From the NCBI GenBank assembly GCA_017548565.1, contig JAFYZU010000010.1, forward strand, positions 80,965 through 144,964: a stretch of 64,000 nt of DNA, in the 5' to 3' direction. The DNA comes from Treponema sp. Its GTDB lineage: Bacteria > Spirochaetota > Spirochaetia > Treponematales > Treponemataceae. A program made the position numbers and the translations under genes. Under the pieces are notes generated by a model. That model had not been told where the DNA came from. It saw only the letters and a list, made by a program, of their open reading frames with translations, and ran no database searches. Of the stretch, positions 18,855-27,870 are shown piece after piece; positions within the stretch are counted from its first letter, which is position 1, and every line of letters begins with the position of its first letter.

Positions 18855-19430
18855 CTAAAAAAATTTTTTCCATTGCTTTAACAATGATTTTGCATCTGTA
18901 AAACACACTGCATTGATTCCCAAAGAAGAAGCAGCCTGGATATTAACTGTTAAATCATCGGTAAAAAAAGTATCCTGAGGTGTATAATTTTCTGCTTCCA
19001 TAATCAGTTCAAAAAAATCAGAATCCGGTTTTGCTTTTCCTATCTTATTTGAGGGATATGTAGAATCAAAATACGAATAATCACCCCTTTCAATATGAAT
19101 GTCATAATACGGATCTATTGTATTCGTTCCGCAAACAACCCTGTGTTTTTTACGAAGGTGTCTAATAATTTCAATAGTCTCACAATTTAACTCAGGTTGA
19201 AAAAACAATTTAAAATAATCTGTCTCTACAGGTTTTATTCCTTGTTTATCGGAGCGAAGATTAAAGGCAGACCAGAATTCCTTTACTGTTATTTCACCTT
19301 TATTTAATTGTTCATAAAGATCTTTGCTCAGGTCAACAAATGATTGTTTTGAAATACCGATTTTCTGACAAAGACGGTCTTTTTGAGATGTCGTAGTTAC
19401 AACACCACCCATATCAAAAATAAAAAGCAT
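18855..19430 (-). CDS. HAD phosphatase (YihX-like)
   Basis: FDMGGV, TNT, KPD and FTDD motifs. Confidence 0.85.
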   Translation of the reverse strand: MLFIFDMGGVVTTTSQKDRLCQKIGISKQSFVDLSKDLYEQLNKGEITVKEFWSAFNLRSDKQGIKPVETDYFKLFFQPELNCETIEIIRHLRKKHRVVCGTNTIDPYYDIHIERGDYSYFDSTYPSNKIGKAKPDSDFFELIMEAENYTPQDTFFTDDLTVNIQAASSLGINAVCFTDAKSLLKQWKKFF

Positions 19431-19435
19431 CTGAA

Positions 19436-20293
19436 TTATTCTCCATAAGATGCTTCGTATGAAGAAACATTCCTTATTGTTTCACCATCAATCTGAAGAG
19501 CAACAGGTCTGTTATATTCAACTTTAATATTATGACCTTCGAAAATTTTAATCATCGGAAGTTTAGTATGCTCACCCTTGAAAATTTTAGGGAAATTCAT
19601 AAGAAGTTTTAATTTAGATTTTTCAAAGCATACTACACAGGTAATTGTTTTCTCTTTATTAAATCTGTCCTGATCAGGAGCAATCATCATGCCGCCGCCG
19701 TAAAAACGTCCCATCATGCTTGGAGCGAGCCAGACATTTTTATATTCATATACTTTTCCATCAACCGTAATTTTAGCATCAGTAGTTTTATATCCGCCGA
19801 GCATTCCCATAATGGCAATTTTTGTATAATTTACTTTTTTCGGACTTTTATCGCGCTGGATGTCCCCCTGCTCACAGCAATAACCGTCAATTCCATAGCC
19901 GATTCCATTAATAAAATATTTTTCCATTCCATTAACTTTTACAACAGGAAGACTCTTTATAAAATCTTCAAGAGGAACAAGATTATTTTCGATTTTCAAA
20001 TATTTCTGAATATCATTTAAAAAATCATTGCCTGTTCCGCAGGAATACAAAAAAAGTTTCTGTGAGATTTTTTTACCGTAGATATCATTTATAAAGCGAT
20101 TTAAAGTACCATCACCGCCTGCAATGATAATTATATCATTCTTTTTTAAGGTTTTGATTTTTTCATAATAGTTTCCGATTAATGCAGCTTCATAAAAATC
20201 AACCTGCTCTTTTTCAAACATCTTCGAAATTTTTTCTTTTTCCTTAAATGAATCTCCATTGTTTGCAAGAAAATTAAAAAATACATTAATCAT
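19436..20293 (-). CDS. Diacylglycerol/lipid kinase family protein
   Basis: GGDGT, GTGNDF and QIDGE. Confidence 0.88.
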   Translation of the reverse strand: MINVFFNFLANNGDSFKEKEKISKMFEKEQVDFYEAALIGNYYEKIKTLKKNDIIIIAGGDGTLNRFINDIYGKKISQKLFLYSCGTGNDFLNDIQKYLKIENNLVPLEDFIKSLPVVKVNGMEKYFINGIGYGIDGYCCEQGDIQRDKSPKKVNYTKIAIMGMLGGYKTTDAKITVDGKVYEYKNVWLAPSMMGRFYGGGMMIAPDQDRFNKEKTITCVVCFEKSKLKLLMNFPKIFKGEHTKLPMIKIFEGHNIKVEYNRPVALQIDGETIRNVSSYEASYGE

Positions 20294-20308
20294 TTGTTTA
20301 CCTCGCGA

Positions 20309-21142
20309 TTATTTTCCAAGTTTTTGAAGCATCATCTGATGTATTTCTGCGCTCATATCTATTGTATTTGATTTTTCAACCTCATCACCTGTATATACCT
20401 TTATGACATCAAAATTAACCGTTGTTTTTTTAAACGGAAAATTCTTTGCAACATTCTGCGTGCCGTCCATAACAGCAACAACTACAGGACAAAGACTTGA
20501 TTCAGCTACCTTCAGGCATCCGGGTTTAAATTCACCAAGTTCTCCTGTTTTCGATCTTGTTCCTTCAGGAAAAACTGAAATTGAAGTAATATTATTTTTC
20601 AAAAGTGAAATTGCCTTTAAGATTGTGCCAAGGGCTTTTTTTACGTCATCACGGTCAAGTGAAAGATAAAGATTTCTTGTCATGAATCCCTTTGCAAGCG
20701 GAAGATTAAAATTTTCGGGTTTAGAAATTACACCGATAGGTTCATGTTTAAGGGCAACTGTCTGAACAAAAACATCAAAAGCCGAACGGTGATTGCTTAC
20801 GATAAGAAATCGTTTATCCTTAGGAATATTTTCCATTCCGGTTGTTTTGATTTTTACACGGGCAATACAGTTTATATATTCATACCAGGAAGCAAAAACC
20901 CAGTGATAGAATTTTGAAACAGTAGTATATTCTTTGTTGGGATTAACTGCGCCTGCTGCAATAATAAAAAATATCCAGATTAAAACAAATGCAATTATAA
21001 ATCCCGCTGCCAGTCCGCTTATAAAAAGCAGAATTGTCTTAAGTATTAAGGCAGATGAATCTGAATGCTTAAAGAAAAACAAAGCTGCATTGACTACACC
21101 GCCGGTAAAGGCTGCAAAAATATTCAATAAATAGAAAAACAT
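20309..21142 (-). CDS. plsC: 1-acyl-sn-glycerol-3-phosphate acyltransferase
   Basis: NHRSAFD (HxxxxD) and FPEGTRS; N-terminal TM helices. Confidence 0.88.
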   Translation of the reverse strand: MFFYLLNIFAAFTGGVVNAALFFFKHSDSSALILKTILLFISGLAAGFIIAFVLIWIFFIIAAGAVNPNKEYTTVSKFYHWVFASWYEYINCIARVKIKTTGMENIPKDKRFLIVSNHRSAFDVFVQTVALKHEPIGVISKPENFNLPLAKGFMTRNLYLSLDRDDVKKALGTILKAISLLKNNITSISVFPEGTRSKTGELGEFKPGCLKVAESSLCPVVVAVMDGTQNVAKNFPFKKTTVNFDVIKVYTGDEVEKSNTIDMSAEIHQMMLQKLGK

Positions 21143-21148
21143 ATTAAT

Positions 21149-21157
21149 ATTATAGCA
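21149..21157 (-). promoter_or_regulatory. Extended -10 promoter of plsC, leaderless geometry
   Basis: TGCTATAAT ends 6 nt before the ATG; no SD. Confidence 0.6.
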
Positions 21158-21195
21158 AGAATTTATAAAAAAATAAAATAAATTTTCAATATAAA

Positions 21196-22599
21196 TCAGA
21201 AGCCTTTTTCGCGAAGATCCGATACGAGTTGAACGAAGAATTCCTGTACATCGAAACCGTCAAAATTTTCACGGTTAAGATCTATCATATCTCCATGAGA
21301 AATCCCTCGTTTACCGTAAGTAGTAAGGAATTGGAATTTTTCACCCCATGAGCATGAATATTCACCGACAAGACCATCGTTTGCGCCGTCAAATTCGTTT
21401 ACAAGATAATATGAAAAATTAAGAGGAAAACGACCGCCTGTCGGCAGATTTAATTTTGAGCCCACACTCTGATAATAAACCTTTTTAGAATCGAGAACTT
21501 TTTTATTGAACTGACGGCAGAATTTACCGGTAAGATCCTGTGCAGCGGCAATCAAATCAGGATTTTTATCACCAAGCTTTAAAATAAGTTTGTTATAGGT
21601 TGTAGCAATGAGCTGTTTCTGTTTTTCAGGAATTTTTTCAAGAAGATATTCGGCAAATTCCGTTCCCCGATGCGGAGTATTAATTGTAGTTAAACTTGCA
21701 ACATATTTTTCCATACCAAGAATTGAAATTGCATATCTTGAATCAAGACCACCTTTGGAATGAGCGATAATATTTACTTTCTTAGCACCGGTTTCCTTTA
21801 AAATGTCGAGAATCCTGTTTTTAACCTCAAGTGCAGTGTCTTTTACAGGTCTGGCAGACTCCTGATTTCCGTAAAAAATCTGCGCACCATTTTTTATAAG
21901 CTCACCCGGAATCCTTCCCCAGTAATTGAATCTTTTAAAATCACGAAAGAAGATTCCATGTACCATAAGAATAGGATATTTTGTCTTACAAATCTGAAGA
22001 TCATGACGTTTTTCATCAACAATAAGACGGTTATTTTCAATAAGAATTTCATTGTCAACAATCAAAAGAAGTCGGCTTAGAACAATAAGATGAAGTATTG
22101 GAATAAGACCGCAGGCAGCTGCAATTACCCTGTATTTTATTCCAAGCTGTCTAGAAGTAAGAAGGATTCTGATCATCCCGTTCCAGAAAAGAATGAATTC
22201 AATGCAGTAGACAAAAAGGGCATATTGAATAAGATAATTTTTTATTGAAAAAGAAATAACAGGATTTTTGATTAAATCTTTTAAAAGCAGGATACAGAAA
22301 ATGATAATGCAGATTGCAGTTGAACCTAAAAATAATTTTAAAAGAAGATTTCCGTCGGCACATACACGTAATTTTTTTGATTTTATTTCTTTTGTATAAG
22401 GAGACGGGATTATATTACAGAAAATAAAAAACAGCAGAAGGATACATGGGATGAAAATTTTCGTAAAACTGTTATGTGTATAAAAAATAAAAAAATATGA
22501 ATTTGCAAGAAAAGTTATAAGAAACAGATCGAGAACAAAATACATATTTTTTTTAAGAAGTAATAATAATGAATGTTTATAATATCTCATTTTTTTCAT
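21196..22599 (-). CDS. Membrane-anchored alpha/beta-hydrolase (triacylglycerol lipase-like)
   Basis: Several N-terminal TM helices; VHG oxyanion motif, AHSKGG nucleophile elbow, NDGLV and ISHGD. Confidence 0.88.
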   Translation of the reverse strand: MKKMRYYKHSLLLLLKKNMYFVLDLFLITFLANSYFFIFYTHNSFTKIFIPCILLLFFIFCNIIPSPYTKEIKSKKLRVCADGNLLLKLFLGSTAICIIIFCILLLKDLIKNPVISFSIKNYLIQYALFVYCIEFILFWNGMIRILLTSRQLGIKYRVIAAACGLIPILHLIVLSRLLLIVDNEILIENNRLIVDEKRHDLQICKTKYPILMVHGIFFRDFKRFNYWGRIPGELIKNGAQIFYGNQESARPVKDTALEVKNRILDILKETGAKKVNIIAHSKGGLDSRYAISILGMEKYVASLTTINTPHRGTEFAEYLLEKIPEKQKQLIATTYNKLILKLGDKNPDLIAAAQDLTGKFCRQFNKKVLDSKKVYYQSVGSKLNLPTGGRFPLNFSYYLVNEFDGANDGLVGEYSCSWGEKFQFLTTYGKRGISHGDMIDLNRENFDGFDVQEFFVQLVSDLREKGF

Positions 22600-22606
22600 T
22601 TTTAAT

Positions 22607-22635
22607 TTGACAAATCATAATATCGGGTTTATTAT
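22607..22635 (+). promoter_or_regulatory. Near-consensus sigma70 promoter pointing into an intergenic region
   Basis: TTGACA (22607-22612), 17 nt, TATTAT (22630-22635). Confidence 0.55.
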
Positions 22636-22660
22636 ATAGTAAGATGGTAAAACATAGCAA
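22631..22660 (-). promoter_or_regulatory. Probable lipase promoter
   Basis: TTGCTA (22660-22655), 18 nt, TATAAT (22636-22631). Confidence 0.45.
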
Positions 22661-22700
22661 TGCTAATTGTTTTATCAGTTGTATTATATTATTTTTTTAA
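22644..22700 (+). CDS. Candidate 18-aa small protein MVKHSNANCFISCIILFF (alternatively a non-coding RNA)
   Basis: ATG lies 8 nt after the -10 box and the stop codon lies immediately before a terminator hairpin; no homology evidence. Confidence 0.25.
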   Translation: MVKHSNANCFISCIILFF

Positions 22701-22701
22701 C

Positions 22702-22745
22702 AAAGGTCACAAGTCTTAACAAAAGATTGTGACTTTTATTGTTTT
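22702..22745 (+). terminator. Intrinsic terminator, possibly bidirectional
   Basis: Stem GTCACAA(G)TCTT / AAGATTGTGAC followed by TTTTATTGTTTT on the + strand; the U-tract is weaker on the - strand. Confidence 0.7.
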
Positions 22746-22754
22746 AAAACGGTT

Positions 22755-23717
22755 TTACTTCTCCTGATTTTTTGAATCAAAATCGGCCTTTACCTTTTCC
22801 ATCTTCTGAGCAGCAATTTCATCAGGACTCTTAAGTGAAAAATCCCTTACATAACACCAGTATTCACCATTGATGATTACATTTGTATAAAGATATAAAT
22901 ATATGATTTTACCAGGCTTGTATTCATCCTTAAGATACTGGTCAAATCCATTCTGGAAATAAAGCCTCATCGGAACTCCGTCAAATTTAATAGATAATAC
23001 AAAAGGACAGTTTGGAAACAATTTTTTCTGATAGATAGTTTCGGTAACAGATTTTGAAGTAACAGCAGAAGGATATTCTGAAAGCCTTGTTTTTATGCAG
23101 ATCTGAAAACCGGTAAAACTGGATATATTAAGACCACTATTCTCTTTATATGATTTACGTACATTTTCCATAAGCTGTCCGATAGATTCCGGATAATCAG
23201 GAAAATCTATTACTGTATCTTTAGAATCGGCAGGAAGAAAGCTTAAGAATTTAGGTGAAGTATTGAGAAATGAATCTATCCCAAAATAATACCAGCCGTC
23301 TTCAAATTCAGGACAGACATTAGTTACTTCTGTAAGAAATATATCAAAATCCTTTGAGCGGATATTAATCATCGCAGGAGAAACTGCGGCAGTACCGATT
23401 AAATCTCCGTATTTAATTTCAGAATTAACGGACGCAGCCTTTATCTCCTTTGAAAATTTAACTCCGGAAATGATAACCTGATAATTTGTACGGTGTTCCT
23501 GCTTTTCATACCAGTAAACATTTTCATATTCAATGACAATAGTATTTTTATCAAAACATTTTGGAAGCCCTTTATTGCCCTTTTGAACTATTTTTCCATA
23601 AACAGGAGATTTTATTTCATCGCCGGTTTTTACATTAATAGTACCATTTGTTTTATCAACTGCAAAAAGTAAACTGAAACTGAAAATACATAACAAAATT
23701 ACGAATATTTTTCTCAT
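22755..23717 (-). CDS. Secreted protein of unknown function with an M23-like N-terminal region
   Basis: Signal peptide MRKIFVILLCIFSFSLLFA after SD GGAGGA (start 23717). Confidence 0.75.
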   Translation of the reverse strand: MRKIFVILLCIFSFSLLFAVDKTNGTINVKTGDEIKSPVYGKIVQKGNKGLPKCFDKNTIVIEYENVYWYEKQEHRTNYQVIISGVKFSKEIKAASVNSEIKYGDLIGTAAVSPAMINIRSKDFDIFLTEVTNVCPEFEDGWYYFGIDSFLNTSPKFLSFLPADSKDTVIDFPDYPESIGQLMENVRKSYKENSGLNISSFTGFQICIKTRLSEYPSAVTSKSVTETIYQKKLFPNCPFVLSIKFDGVPMRLYFQNGFDQYLKDEYKPGKIIYLYLYTNVIINGEYWCYVRDFSLKSPDEIAAQKMEKVKADFDSKNQEK

Positions 23718-23740
23718 AGATTCCTCCATATCACTGGAAA

Positions 23741-24820
23741 TTATAAAGAATTAAGTTCCTTCTCAAATACTTTATCTGCCTCTTCTGCTTCAACAGTCTG
23801 AATTATTTTACCTTTTTTAAATATAATGGCTTTTTTATCGGTACCTGCAATTCCAAGATCCGCATGTTTTCCTTCACCGGGACCGTTTACCACGCATCCC
23901 ATAACTGCAACTGTTATATTTTTATCCATACTAAGAAGACGGCTTTCCCATCGCTTCATAAAACCATGTACATCGAATCCAAGTCTTCCACAACGCGGAC
24001 AACTGATGATTTTTATTCCGCCTTTTCTTTTTCCACATTCTCGTAAAATGTTCAGACCTGCAATTACTTCATTTTCTACGGAGGATGATAAGCTTACACG
24101 GATTGTATCACCGATATTTTCATTTAATAAAGTTGAAAATGCAATCGATGATTTTACAATACCACCGATTAACGGTCCTGCTTCTGTAACCCCAAGATGA
24201 AGCGGATTATTATATTTCGTTGCATAAAATCTGTTACACTGTATTGTTTCGTTAACATCAGAAGATTTCATGCTCACTACATACTGATCAAAATTATATT
24301 TATCAAAAACCTGAGCTTCTCTTACTGCAGTTTCACATAAGCCTTCTGCACGAGTAATTTTTCCTTCTGCGATCAGCTGTTGTAAATCTTTCGGTAAACT
24401 TCCGGAATTAATTCCAATTCTTATAGCCGTTCCATTTTCGCGGCAGGCTTCAATTACTTTTTGTATATTTTCTTCAGATCCGATATTTCCGGGATTAATC
24501 CTTATGGCAGCGACATTTCCTTTAAGGCATTCAAGTGCAAGCTTATAATCAAAGTGAATGTCTGCAACAAGAGGCATTGAAGTTTCTGCTGCAATCTTGC
24601 ATAAGCCTTGTGCACTTTGAATGTCTGGAACTGCAAATCTGATTATATCGCATCCAAAAGATGAAAGTCTTTCTATTTCATTAATTATCTGTTCAAGACC
24701 TTTATCATCAAGAGCATTTATCGGCTGTTTCCACATCGTCTGTAAAGAAACAGGAGCTTCACCGCCGATACTGATACGTTTTGTTTTTCCTTTTCCACCT
24801 AAAAAAACTTCTTTTGACAT
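23741..24820 (-). CDS. ispG: (E)-4-hydroxy-3-methylbut-2-enyl-diphosphate synthase
   Basis: VADIHFDY, RINPGNIG, HLGVTEAG, GDTIRVSL, CPRCGR and VMGCVVNGPGE. Confidence 0.96.
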   Translation of the reverse strand: MSKEVFLGGKGKTKRISIGGEAPVSLQTMWKQPINALDDKGLEQIINEIERLSSFGCDIIRFAVPDIQSAQGLCKIAAETSMPLVADIHFDYKLALECLKGNVAAIRINPGNIGSEENIQKVIEACRENGTAIRIGINSGSLPKDLQQLIAEGKITRAEGLCETAVREAQVFDKYNFDQYVVSMKSSDVNETIQCNRFYATKYNNPLHLGVTEAGPLIGGIVKSSIAFSTLLNENIGDTIRVSLSSSVENEVIAGLNILRECGKRKGGIKIISCPRCGRLGFDVHGFMKRWESRLLSMDKNITVAVMGCVVNGPGEGKHADLGIAGTDKKAIIFKKGKIIQTVEAEEADKVFEKELNSL

Positions 24821-24847
24821 TATAAAGAATAATTTTAAGGTTATTGA

Positions 24848-25273
24848 TTAACAGAAACCGAATGAGAATGCCATAGCAAACAAAGCTACAGTTTCACAAA
24901 GACCTACAACCATAATGTACTGGGCAAAACCTTTACCAGTTTCTCCCTGTGCATCTGATGCAGCGGCACCTGCTTTACCCTGTGCAATTGCAGAAAGACA
25001 CATTGCAATACCGGAACCAATACCAAGACCAATCAGCTGCCATCCGTTTGTAACGGCAGATTCTATCATTCTTTTTGTAAGAAGGAAACCGTAAAGTGTC
25101 TGTGTAAGAGGAGCACCGGCAAAAACAAGAAGAATAAATGGAGCCGGTTTATTGTTTATATAACAACGTTTCCAGGCTCCTATAGCACCCTGTCCGGCAA
25201 TTCCAATTCCAATTGCAGATCCAATAGCAGCAATACCCATACAAATTGCAGCACCTAACATTCCAAAATTCAT
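24848..25273 (-). CDS. ntpK: V-type ATPase rotor subunit K (4-TM, Na+-binding signature)
   Basis: PLTQTLYG, AQG and CETVA; start at 25273 after SD AGGAG. Confidence 0.93.
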   Translation of the reverse strand: MNFGMLGAAICMGIAAIGSAIGIGIAGQGAIGAWKRCYINNKPAPFILLVFAGAPLTQTLYGFLLTKRMIESAVTNGWQLIGLGIGSGIAMCLSAIAQGKAGAAASDAQGETGKGFAQYIMVVGLCETVALFAMAFSFGFC

Positions 25274-25312
25274 ATTTATACTCCTTTTTGTTTGCAATGC
25301 AAACTTAAATCC

Positions 25313-27214
25313 TTATTTATTGCCTTTTTCAGAGAAAGGACTGTATTTAAGCCCAGACCACGACATACCAAGGTGGCTTGAAAATTCAAGTGTATTTAAG
25401 CGGACTCCGTGAACAAGAACTGAAAGAAGATTCAATACCATATTCAAACCGTGTCCGAAAACAAGCAGAATAACTCCGATTGCAAACAATATTGCATGTC
25501 CTAAAATCGGCCCTGCCATTGTATTTACGGTTGCAGAAATTGCAGCCCCCGCAAGTCCTACTGCCCAAAGACGGATATAAGAAACTATATCTGAAAAAAC
25601 ATTTACAACGCCAAGAATAACAGGGATTATTCCTTTAACGCTGGCAAGAATTGATTTTGAAACACTTCCTTCATAGTTAGCAAAGATAAAGCTCAACACA
25701 AAACCAACTGCTATCAGGGCAAGCTCGACATAACCTATCGGAATATTATAAATAACCTTGTTCAGAGCAAAATGTTCAGAGCTTACGACAAGATTAAGAA
25801 CGATATAATACAATCCTATTAACTGCAAAAGCGATCCAAGTTCACCGAAGAATTTCAGTGATTTTCTGTTTACAATCATTCCTTTTATATGAGCAACAGA
25901 TAATTGCAGCAATGCAAGGGTAAAACAGAAAATCTGAAGATTCTGATCTGTAGTAAAACCCTTAAGCTCATTTGTATATGCACTTGAAAGGGGCTTAACA
26001 GAAATTGTCTTTAAGAAAGACGGAAGCTGTTCAGCAGGAATCCCAAACCATGTACAAGTAACAGTACCCCAGATTATCGTTGAAATTCCAAGAATGATTC
26101 CAAGGAAAAGCAGCGGAGGATTCTTTTTTCGTGTAACTGCATTCTTAAGTATAATAAAAAGAAATGCAGCAGTAAGCAGAAGTCCATAGCCACCGTCACC
26201 GAAAATCATACCGAAGAAAATTGAGAAGAAAAGCAGGAACCAGCCCGAAATATCATATTCACGGTAACCTGGAACTGTCCCAAGAAAATCTGTAAGCGGA
26301 TAGATAAGGCTGACAAGTTTATTGTTCTTTAATTTTGTCGGAACAGATAAATCATCTTCTTCTGGATCAGAATATGCAAGAGCCCATTCATTTTGACGGC
26401 ATGCTTCCTTTAATGCTTCAAGATCTTCTTCAGGAACAAAACCTGAAATCCAGGCAAGATCAGTCTTTTCGTTTTCATTTTCATGAGACATGCCGCTGTT
26501 TATGTTTTCAAATTCTATATCTGTCTGCAGCCTTTTTTTATAAGCCTGTATCTGTGGAAGATATACGGCATTTTTAACGAAAAATTCTTCAATTTTTGAA
26601 ATTTCACGTTCTGCCTGTCTTACTTCATTTTCTATAACTGATGTACTTTCGCGTGGAAATGAAACCTCGAATGCTTCGGGCATGAGTTTTTCAGGACGAC
26701 CTTCTCCACCGTTTATAATCAGGAACCGGTTGATTTTCTTTCCTGTATTAACTAAAAGCGTATCGATGGATTTATCTATCAAGGGATATTTAGCCGAAGG
26801 TATTTCATACATCTTAAGCTGAATTCCATTTTCCTTAAGATATTCAAAATCTTCGAGTGAAACATTTCCCCAGCCGGAAAATCTGTCCAGCTCATTTACA
26901 TCTGCCGTAATTACATCAAGAAGCTGTTTTTTACGTTCAGACTGTGCGACAATTTCCTTTGTAAGCGCAACAATTTCATCATCTTTTAAAACTTTTATCT
27001 GCTGTTTTTTCTGTGCCTTTGAAAGCTTTATTTCAGATAAAATTGATTCACTTATCATTGAATTATTCGAAATTTCTTTAAAAAACGAAAGCTTTTCACC
27101 GAAACCTGTAAGTGTTTCAAGATGAACAAGACCAAGCTTCCTTAATATTTTTAAAGACTGCTCTCTTTCTTTATTCAAAAGAACAATAGAGACTTTTTTC
27201 ATAGGTAAAATCAT
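25313..27214 (-). CDS. ntpI: V-type ATPase subunit I
   Basis: FGMIFGDGGYG, SYIRLWAVGL and HGVRLNTLEF. Confidence 0.95.
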   Translation of the reverse strand: MILPMKKVSIVLLNKEREQSLKILRKLGLVHLETLTGFGEKLSFFKEISNNSMISESILSEIKLSKAQKKQQIKVLKDDEIVALTKEIVAQSERKKQLLDVITADVNELDRFSGWGNVSLEDFEYLKENGIQLKMYEIPSAKYPLIDKSIDTLLVNTGKKINRFLIINGGEGRPEKLMPEAFEVSFPRESTSVIENEVRQAEREISKIEEFFVKNAVYLPQIQAYKKRLQTDIEFENINSGMSHENENEKTDLAWISGFVPEEDLEALKEACRQNEWALAYSDPEEDDLSVPTKLKNNKLVSLIYPLTDFLGTVPGYREYDISGWFLLFFSIFFGMIFGDGGYGLLLTAAFLFIILKNAVTRKKNPPLLFLGIILGISTIIWGTVTCTWFGIPAEQLPSFLKTISVKPLSSAYTNELKGFTTDQNLQIFCFTLALLQLSVAHIKGMIVNRKSLKFFGELGSLLQLIGLYYIVLNLVVSSEHFALNKVIYNIPIGYVELALIAVGFVLSFIFANYEGSVSKSILASVKGIIPVILGVVNVFSDIVSYIRLWAVGLAGAAISATVNTMAGPILGHAILFAIGVILLVFGHGLNMVLNLLSVLVHGVRLNTLEFSSHLGMSWSGLKYSPFSEKGNK

Positions 27215-27834
27215 TCTGCAGCCTCCTGTTCTTCGTCAATTTTAGCCTGAAGTTTTTTCTTGGAAATTTTACTTCTAACTACAGCGGCAACCTGTTCATC
27301 GCCCAAATATACTGTAATTTTCTTTATATTTGCCTTTGTTTCAGGAATCTTTACTTTTTCAAAAAGATTAACTCTTTGAGTAGTAGTCCTTAATTCAACA
27401 GAAAGTAGTCTTACCTGTTCATCAAGAACTTCTGCTTCAAGATCAAGCGACAGGGCTTTTTCCATACGGTCTGCAGCCATATCAATCCATAAAGGAGTTT
27501 CATAAAGATCATAATCGCCGCGTGAAAAATCTGCACCTTCATAAACAGGAATTGTAACACCTGCAATATTACCAAAACCCTTACGGATATTTTTTACAGT
27601 AACCATTTCAGGCTTAAAGGCATCCTGTTCACCGAAAACGGCAATCCAGTCATTGAATTCTTTTTCAAGTTCAATTCTTGCCTGCCTTACTTCCCTTGCC
27701 TTGGCATCTATTGTGCGGATTTCTGACTGCAGCTGTTGTTTCTTGAGCATTAATGTAGGAAGATAACGCTTATACATCTTAAGTGCATCTTTCTGTACCT
27801 TGAGCTCATTTTTTGTCAGCTTTATTTTTGCCAT
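27211..27834 (-). CDS. ntpD: V-type ATPase subunit D
   Basis: LKKQQL and TTQRVNLFEKVKIP; position in operon. Confidence 0.95.
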   Translation of the reverse strand: MAKIKLTKNELKVQKDALKMYKRYLPTLMLKKQQLQSEIRTIDAKAREVRQARIELEKEFNDWIAVFGEQDAFKPEMVTVKNIRKGFGNIAGVTIPVYEGADFSRGDYDLYETPLWIDMAADRMEKALSLDLEAEVLDEQVRLLSVELRTTTQRVNLFEKVKIPETKANIKKITVYLGDEQVAAVVRSKISKKKLQAKIDEEQEAAE

Positions 27835-27870
27835 TCATCATTCTCCATGTCAATTAAAGACATTGCTGCA

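Noticed and set aside
22660-22719. 19-aa hydrophobic ORF MLIVLSVVLYYFFNKGHKS as a stand-alone gene call
   Set aside because: It has no SD and its stop codon lies inside the terminator stem, so it is kept only as an alternative within the 22.6-kb finding.
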